Assembly: GCA_963666285.1 (NCBI GenBank)
Contig: OY762711.1
From: Sedimentisphaerales bacterium
GTDB lineage: Bacteria; Planctomycetota; Phycisphaerae; Sedimentisphaerales; SM23-30
Length of the DNA stretch: 64,000 bases
Direction: 5' to 3' (one strand)
This document shows, one piece after another, positions 59,405 through 64,000 of the stretch (the stretch's first letter is position 1; the number at the start of each line of letters is the position of its first letter). The notes below the pieces were generated by a model that had not been told where the DNA came from, did not search any database, and was given only the letters and a program-made list of their open reading frames with translations. Made by a program: the position numbers and the translations under genes.

Positions 59405-60613
59405 ATGGTACCACCTGTTATCTGGCTGATTTTCTTTTTTATGATGGGAGCCTCTATAGGCAGTTTCTTAAATGTTGTTGTGTGGCGGTTACCCCAGGAA
59501 ATGTCACTTATTAAGCCAGGTAGTCATTGTCCAAGCTGCAAGCATCCTCTTAGCTGGTATGATAATGTACCTGTTTTTGCCTGGTTTTATCTTGGTGGGA
59601 AATGTCGTTATTGTAAAACACCTTATTCCTTTAAGTATCCTTTTTTCGAATTTATAACAGGTGCTGTTTTTGCCGGTTTATACTGGTTATATTTTGTCGT
59701 TGGCATTCGTGACAACTTGCCTCAGTTCGAACAGGGCGGATGGATTATTTATGTCGCCCATATTGTTTTGATTTCCTGTCTACTGGCTGGTTCGTTGATT
59801 GATGCCGAACATTTTATCATTCCATTATCGATTAGTTATTTTATGGTATTTATTGGGTTTGTTGCTTCCGGTTTTGAAACTCGTATGCTTGAGTATAATA
59901 TGATGCCGGTGGAATACTGGAATACTCTGGTACCTTATGCAACACCTAAAACTGGAGCTTTGGCAGTTGGTAGTGCAGTTGGGCTTGGTATCTCACTGAT
60001 TTTTCTGAAGTCTGGCTTAATAAGTCGCAGCTTCCTGGAGCTGGAAAAGTGGGAACTGGCAAAGTATAAAGCTGAAAACGATGGCAAAGAATTTAACGAG
60101 CCGGAGCCAGAAGTCAATGTCAGGGCTGAGATGGTGCGTGAACTTGCCTTCCTGTGTATGCCTGTGGTTCTTGCTTTTGCTGCTATGAAACTTCTCTGTA
60201 CAGATGGTGGCCAGGATGCGAGTGAACTTGCCGGCAATTGGCAATTGTATCTTGAGCAGAATCCATGGCTCAATGGCACTCTTGGAAGCATATATGGTTT
60301 TATGATCGGGGCGGTAACAGTATGGGCAACCCGTATTTTCGGCTCAATTTTATTTAACAAAGAAGCTATGGGGCTTGGTGATGTCCACCTTATGGCCGGT
60401 GTCGGTGCCGTTCTTGGTTGGTATATACCTTTAATAGCTTTCTTTATTGCTCCTTTTGTAGGGATTGGCTGGGCTATTCTCAGGTTGATAACGAAGCAGC
60501 AGCGAGAGATTCCATACGGTCCATTTCTATCAATTGCAGTGATAGTTATTCTGCTTATGCACGATTCAATAATTGGCTTTATTTTACAAAATATGCTGCA
60601 TGTTCAATTATAG
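59405..60613 (+). CDS. pilD: Prepilin peptidase (A24)
   Basis: GSFLNVVVWRLP; SHCPSC...GKCRYC; catalytic aspartates in SLID and MGLGD; IPYGPFL. Confidence 0.9.
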   Translation: MVPPVIWLIFFFMMGASIGSFLNVVVWRLPQEMSLIKPGSHCPSCKHPLSWYDNVPVFAWFYLGGKCRYCKTPYSFKYPFFEFITGAVFAGLYWLYFVVGIRDNLPQFEQGGWIIYVAHIVLISCLLAGSLIDAEHFIIPLSISYFMVFIGFVASGFETRMLEYNMMPVEYWNTLVPYATPKTGALAVGSAVGLGISLIFLKSGLISRSFLELEKWELAKYKAENDGKEFNEPEPEVNVRAEMVRELAFLCMPVVLAFAAMKLLCTDGGQDASELAGNWQLYLEQNPWLNGTLGSIYGFMIGAVTVWATRIFGSILFNKEAMGLGDVHLMAGVGAVLGWYIPLIAFFIAPFVGIGWAILRLITKQQREIPYGPFLSIAVIVILLMHDSIIGFILQNMLHVQL

Positions 60614-60636
60614 AAATAGCAGGCTATTAATAAACC

Positions 60637-61908
60637 TTATAGATATCCAAGGTCTTTTAATTTTGCTTCTAAATCTTCCTTGTCTTCTTCGCTGAATTCC
60701 TGGGGATTGACTGCGGCGTTATTTGAATTCGATCTGTTCATGTTGGCCACTATTGAATCCAGTTTAATTCTCAAGTCGCATACTGGACCAACAGCCTCTA
60801 CGGCTATGTTTTTGTTTTCATCAGGGTCATTAATAAGATCAAACAGATAGATTGTATTATTTGTGTATAATGGTCCGGCCGGCACAATTAATTTATGAGT
60901 TTCTGTTCTGACAGCATGCCAGTATCTGGTAGCATCGTTTCTGCCTGTATATAAGAAAGCTGCTTCTTTACTCATTTTTTGGCCATTAATCATAGGCATA
61001 AGAGAACGGCCATGAATGTTTTCTGGCAGATCAATTCTTAAAAGTTCAAGGAGAGTTGGCATGATATCAATATGTCTGACTTGCTGATTAAGCACAACAT
61101 TATTTGGCAGACCAGGACCGCTTATGCACAATGGGACTCTATGCAGTTCGTCAAACGGGAAAAAACCATGATATCGCCAATCGTCTGGACGATGGTATAC
61201 ATTGAAAAGTTTGCGAAATTTTCTCTTTATGTAGCTCTTGATTGATCGATGTCCGCGGCGAATAAGTACTTCACCATGATCTGCAGTTAGCACGACGATA
61301 GTATTATCCGGTACCATGCTGATTATCTGTTCAATTTTTTTATCGAGATGCTGCCATGCTTGATTATACCTTTGTTCGGGATGTTTGGGGGCATTGGTAT
61401 TATCTTCTGTTTGGATGGGGCTATGTAATTCAAAGAAATGCAGCATAGTAAACCATGGATTTTGCTGCTTAGCGATTTTCTCGAACGATTCAAAAAAATC
61501 TTTGCCCCATTCACGGTATATAGTTTCTTTACGTGTTCTATACTGGTATTTATGAAATCCTTTTGTAAGCCCCAGAGATTCCAGGAGTGGCCCGGTCATA
61601 AATGCATTTGTGCTATAGCCGTTGTTAGAGAGTATTTCAGGGAACCTGGTTACATCTGGGTTTATTGGCGGACCTTGAGTTGAATATACACCGTGGGCTA
61701 GATAATACAATGATGTAAGCATACTGGAAAAAGATGGTGTTGTTGTGGATGCAGAAGATAAAGCCTGGGTAAAACAGACACCATTTTCTCTTAGCTTCGG
61801 CCATGCCTTTAATGAGAGAGGATTCTGATCTGTTGGACACCTGTCATTTCTTAAGCAATCGACTACTATCCACAATACATTTGGTTTGTTTATATTTTCT
61901 GAAGTCAT
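60637..61908 (-). CDS. Sulfatase-like alkaline phosphatase superfamily enzyme with a non-canonical active site
   Basis: PNVLWIVVDCLR, TTPSF, HFFELH, TADHGE, DIMPTLL, LFDL..DPDE, C-terminal LKDLGY. Confidence 0.8.
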   Translation of the reverse strand: MTSENINKPNVLWIVVDCLRNDRCPTDQNPLSLKAWPKLRENGVCFTQALSSASTTTPSFSSMLTSLYYLAHGVYSTQGPPINPDVTRFPEILSNNGYSTNAFMTGPLLESLGLTKGFHKYQYRTRKETIYREWGKDFFESFEKIAKQQNPWFTMLHFFELHSPIQTEDNTNAPKHPEQRYNQAWQHLDKKIEQIISMVPDNTIVVLTADHGEVLIRRGHRSIKSYIKRKFRKLFNVYHRPDDWRYHGFFPFDELHRVPLCISGPGLPNNVVLNQQVRHIDIMPTLLELLRIDLPENIHGRSLMPMINGQKMSKEAAFLYTGRNDATRYWHAVRTETHKLIVPAGPLYTNNTIYLFDLINDPDENKNIAVEAVGPVCDLRIKLDSIVANMNRSNSNNAAVNPQEFSEEDKEDLEAKLKDLGYL

Positions 61909-61968
61909 ATTTTGTTATTATCTTATTTGGGGTATGGATTTAATTGAGATTAAAATAGGAATTGAGTA

Positions 61969-63576
61969 TCAAATATATCCCATATTTTTTAATTGGTCTT
62001 CGAGAATGTCCATTTCTTTTTCAGACATGAGAAAATTATCAGGATCTACTCCACTGATAGGCTCATCGGAATAGATGATTTCCGGTTTGCTTTCAAAGGC
62101 ATCGCTAATAACTTTTCCATCAAGTCCAAGGGGTATCTCTACTCCAAGATGGGCGTAAATTGTTGGGACAATATCAGCGATATCAGCTTTAAGAGTTTTA
62201 CCTTCGGATATATTAATCCCTCTAATAAGGTACATTCCTTCAGGTCTATGTGTACCTTTGATATCATGTAGTTCGTTTTTTGTAATAAAATTATCACCTT
62301 TTGTTGATTTACTGAGTTCGCAATATTGTTTTGGAATGATAATTAAGTCACCCAGGATTGAGTTGTCAATATCGTTGCTCTGGTACAATTCCTGGGGGGT
62401 AAGGATTTTATCTACAATCTTTTCACCTGTTGTCGGGTGTTTTGTTTCTGAAATAGTATTTCTCAGTTCGTTCACCATGGTGTTATATTCATTTTTAGGG
62501 ACAATTCCTTCAGGAGATCTGTCTTCAAGGTTAATGAAAATTCCTGCCTGGTGTCTGGCATAAGGAGAAAAAGCTTTTGTTTTTTTTATGTCGATCTTTA
62601 ACTTTTGTGAGATGTGAAGTGACATTCTTTGTTTTACGCCAGTAACACGTTTTCTAACGCTGCGTTTGAGTTTTATCAGCATTCTTGAAATAGAACGTTT
62701 TGTTTTTAGGTATCCCATTTTTTTGAGTAGAAGGTTAGGCTGAAATTCGTATTTTCCGGATTTCCCATGGCCATGGTCACTGACTATTGTGAATAAGTGG
62801 TCAGGGGAGTTGCAGTAATCAGCCAGCTCGCCGATTAATTCATCTGCTGCAGCAAACATTGTATCGACTATTTTTGCGTTTTTGGGATTGTTTTGACAAT
62901 ATTCAGGAGTAACATATTTCCAGCCTTTATGAAGAAATGCATCAAAAGAGAAAATCTGTATCAGCAGCAAATTCCAATCTACTGTGTCACATGTAAGTCT
63001 GAAAAGTTTTCGATCTTGCATGAATCGCTGATTTACCTCATCAACAGATCGCTTTAGATCTTCGGTATTTCTTATCGTCTCTGCTCCAGACCAGCCTAAT
63101 GAAATATCGTAATTTGGGATAGCATCAAAAATTTTATCTTTAAAATTTTGTGGCCAGGTAAAATTACTGTTGTTTCCTGGTGAGCCAAATCCTGATACCA
63201 TTACCCCGTCTACTTCGTAAGGCGGGTATGTCATAGGCATATTTAGAGAAGCTACTTTTTGCCCCTTGCTGCTTAGATAACTCCACATAGTCTCGACGGC
63301 AATTGTATTGGAATTTGCATGGCCAAGAGTGCCGGTTTCTGAATTGAAATCTTCAAAACCGTATATTCCATGTTTGCCAGGATGGACACCTGTCATTAGA
63401 GTCGTCCATCCCGGGGGAGTCATTGGTGGATTCGTCGATTTTAAAACACCTGAGCAGCTGCTATCGATTAGTTTTTTTAATCTTGGCATAATACCTTTTT
63501 CTACAAAAGGTAAAAAAACGTCCCAGGTTCCGCTGTCAATACCAAGTACCAGTACTTTTTTCTTATTTGAATTCAT
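61969..63576 (-). CDS. Type I phosphodiesterase / nucleotide pyrophosphatase family protein
   Basis: LVLGIDS, STNPPMTPPGWTTLMTG.HPGKHG, SDHG, GTHRPEG, DIVPTI, C-terminal LKNMGY. Confidence 0.85.
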   Translation of the reverse strand: MNSNKKKVLVLGIDSGTWDVFLPFVEKGIMPRLKKLIDSSCSGVLKSTNPPMTPPGWTTLMTGVHPGKHGIYGFEDFNSETGTLGHANSNTIAVETMWSYLSSKGQKVASLNMPMTYPPYEVDGVMVSGFGSPGNNSNFTWPQNFKDKIFDAIPNYDISLGWSGAETIRNTEDLKRSVDEVNQRFMQDRKLFRLTCDTVDWNLLLIQIFSFDAFLHKGWKYVTPEYCQNNPKNAKIVDTMFAAADELIGELADYCNSPDHLFTIVSDHGHGKSGKYEFQPNLLLKKMGYLKTKRSISRMLIKLKRSVRKRVTGVKQRMSLHISQKLKIDIKKTKAFSPYARHQAGIFINLEDRSPEGIVPKNEYNTMVNELRNTISETKHPTTGEKIVDKILTPQELYQSNDIDNSILGDLIIIPKQYCELSKSTKGDNFITKNELHDIKGTHRPEGMYLIRGINISEGKTLKADIADIVPTIYAHLGVEIPLGLDGKVISDAFESKPEIIYSDEPISGVDPDNFLMSEKEMDILEDQLKNMGYI

Positions 63577-63738
63577 ATGTGAGTATATAGTTCTAAGTTT
63601 GTTATTGGCACTTTATTATATTGTTTATTTTGTATTAACTCAACCTAAAACTCGGTTGTACGTTGATGATACTCTGGTGTGTATGTGTTGTAAGTTATTG
63701 TGATAATATGTTTTATGTTGTTAAGATGTTCCGTAATA

Positions 63739-64000
63739 TTAAATCAGAAGTTCAGTGTTAATTCCAATACCTGCTGCAGTGATTTTACCGGTATACTTTT
63801 GAGACTCTGGATTTTGAAAGCCATGTTTCATTGCTGCAAATGTAACTGTTTCATTGGCCAGTATTGTATTTCCCAGCGGCAAACCGGTATCGCAATCCAG
63901 GCCAGAGGGTATATCGAGTGCCAATTTGGGTTTCTGGCTTGAATTAATGATATCGATTATCGTTGATATCGGTTCCCTTGGCGCGGTAGTCATGCCGGTT
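63739..64000 (-). CDS. nnrE: NAD(P)H-hydrate epimerase (YjeF N-terminal domain), 3' part only
   Basis: LALDIPSGLDCDTG..ANETVTF..K.G..G.I...GIGI; frame runs off the window end. Confidence 0.8.
   Translation of the reverse strand, partial: TGMTTAPREPISTIIDIINSSQKPKLALDIPSGLDCDTGLPLGNTILANETVTFAAMKHGFQNPESQKYTGKITAAGIGINTELLI

Noticed and set aside
1..64000. Numerous short ORFs in the six-frame track overlapping long genes (e.g. 14850-15623, 22336-22806, 58208-58741)
   Set aside because: They are antisense or alternate-frame shadows of well-supported genes, with no recognisable motifs.
1..64000. CRISPR arrays, tRNA/rRNA genes, reverse transcriptase, integrase or transposase
   Set aside because: No regularly spaced repeats, cloverleaf or matching protein motifs were seen; GTTCGA hits lie inside coding sequence.

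Overview
AT-rich bacterial chromosomal window, most likely from an anaerobic planctomycete of the Phycisphaerae/Sedimentisphaerales type. This is an inference from the LamG/Ig/dockerin-like secretome, the membrane-anchored ECF sigma factor, the FecR-NPCBM anti-sigma and the alpha2-type GlyRS. Main content in order: (1) 1-18.9 kb, a secreted glycan/protein-degradation region with a zincin-LamG protein, an Ntn hydrolase, an SGNH protein, two tandem paralogous non-catalytic lectin-Ig-LamG proteins (duplicated together with a conserved upstream motif and terminator), GH105 and GH16; (2) methyltransferase, DMP19, MscS and htpX; (3) a two-component signalling island with a 161-bp IS5-like MITE at its edge and a G9 tract in the sensor kinase; (4) a membrane-anchored ECF sigma factor with a candidate autoregulatory promoter, next to a ~200-nt candidate structured RNA; (5) a type IV pilus cluster (pilM-N-O-P-like-B-T-C plus minor pilins); (6) clpC; (7) an ECF sigma / FecR-NPCBM / PA14-LamG / GH2 locus; (8) glyQS, prepilin peptidase, two alkaline-phosphatase-superfamily enzymes and a partial nnrE. 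Six secreted proteins carry a dockerin-like tag, mostly as a single half-repeat. No rRNA, tRNA, CRISPR array or intact transposase was seen. All calls are by eye; no database searches were run.
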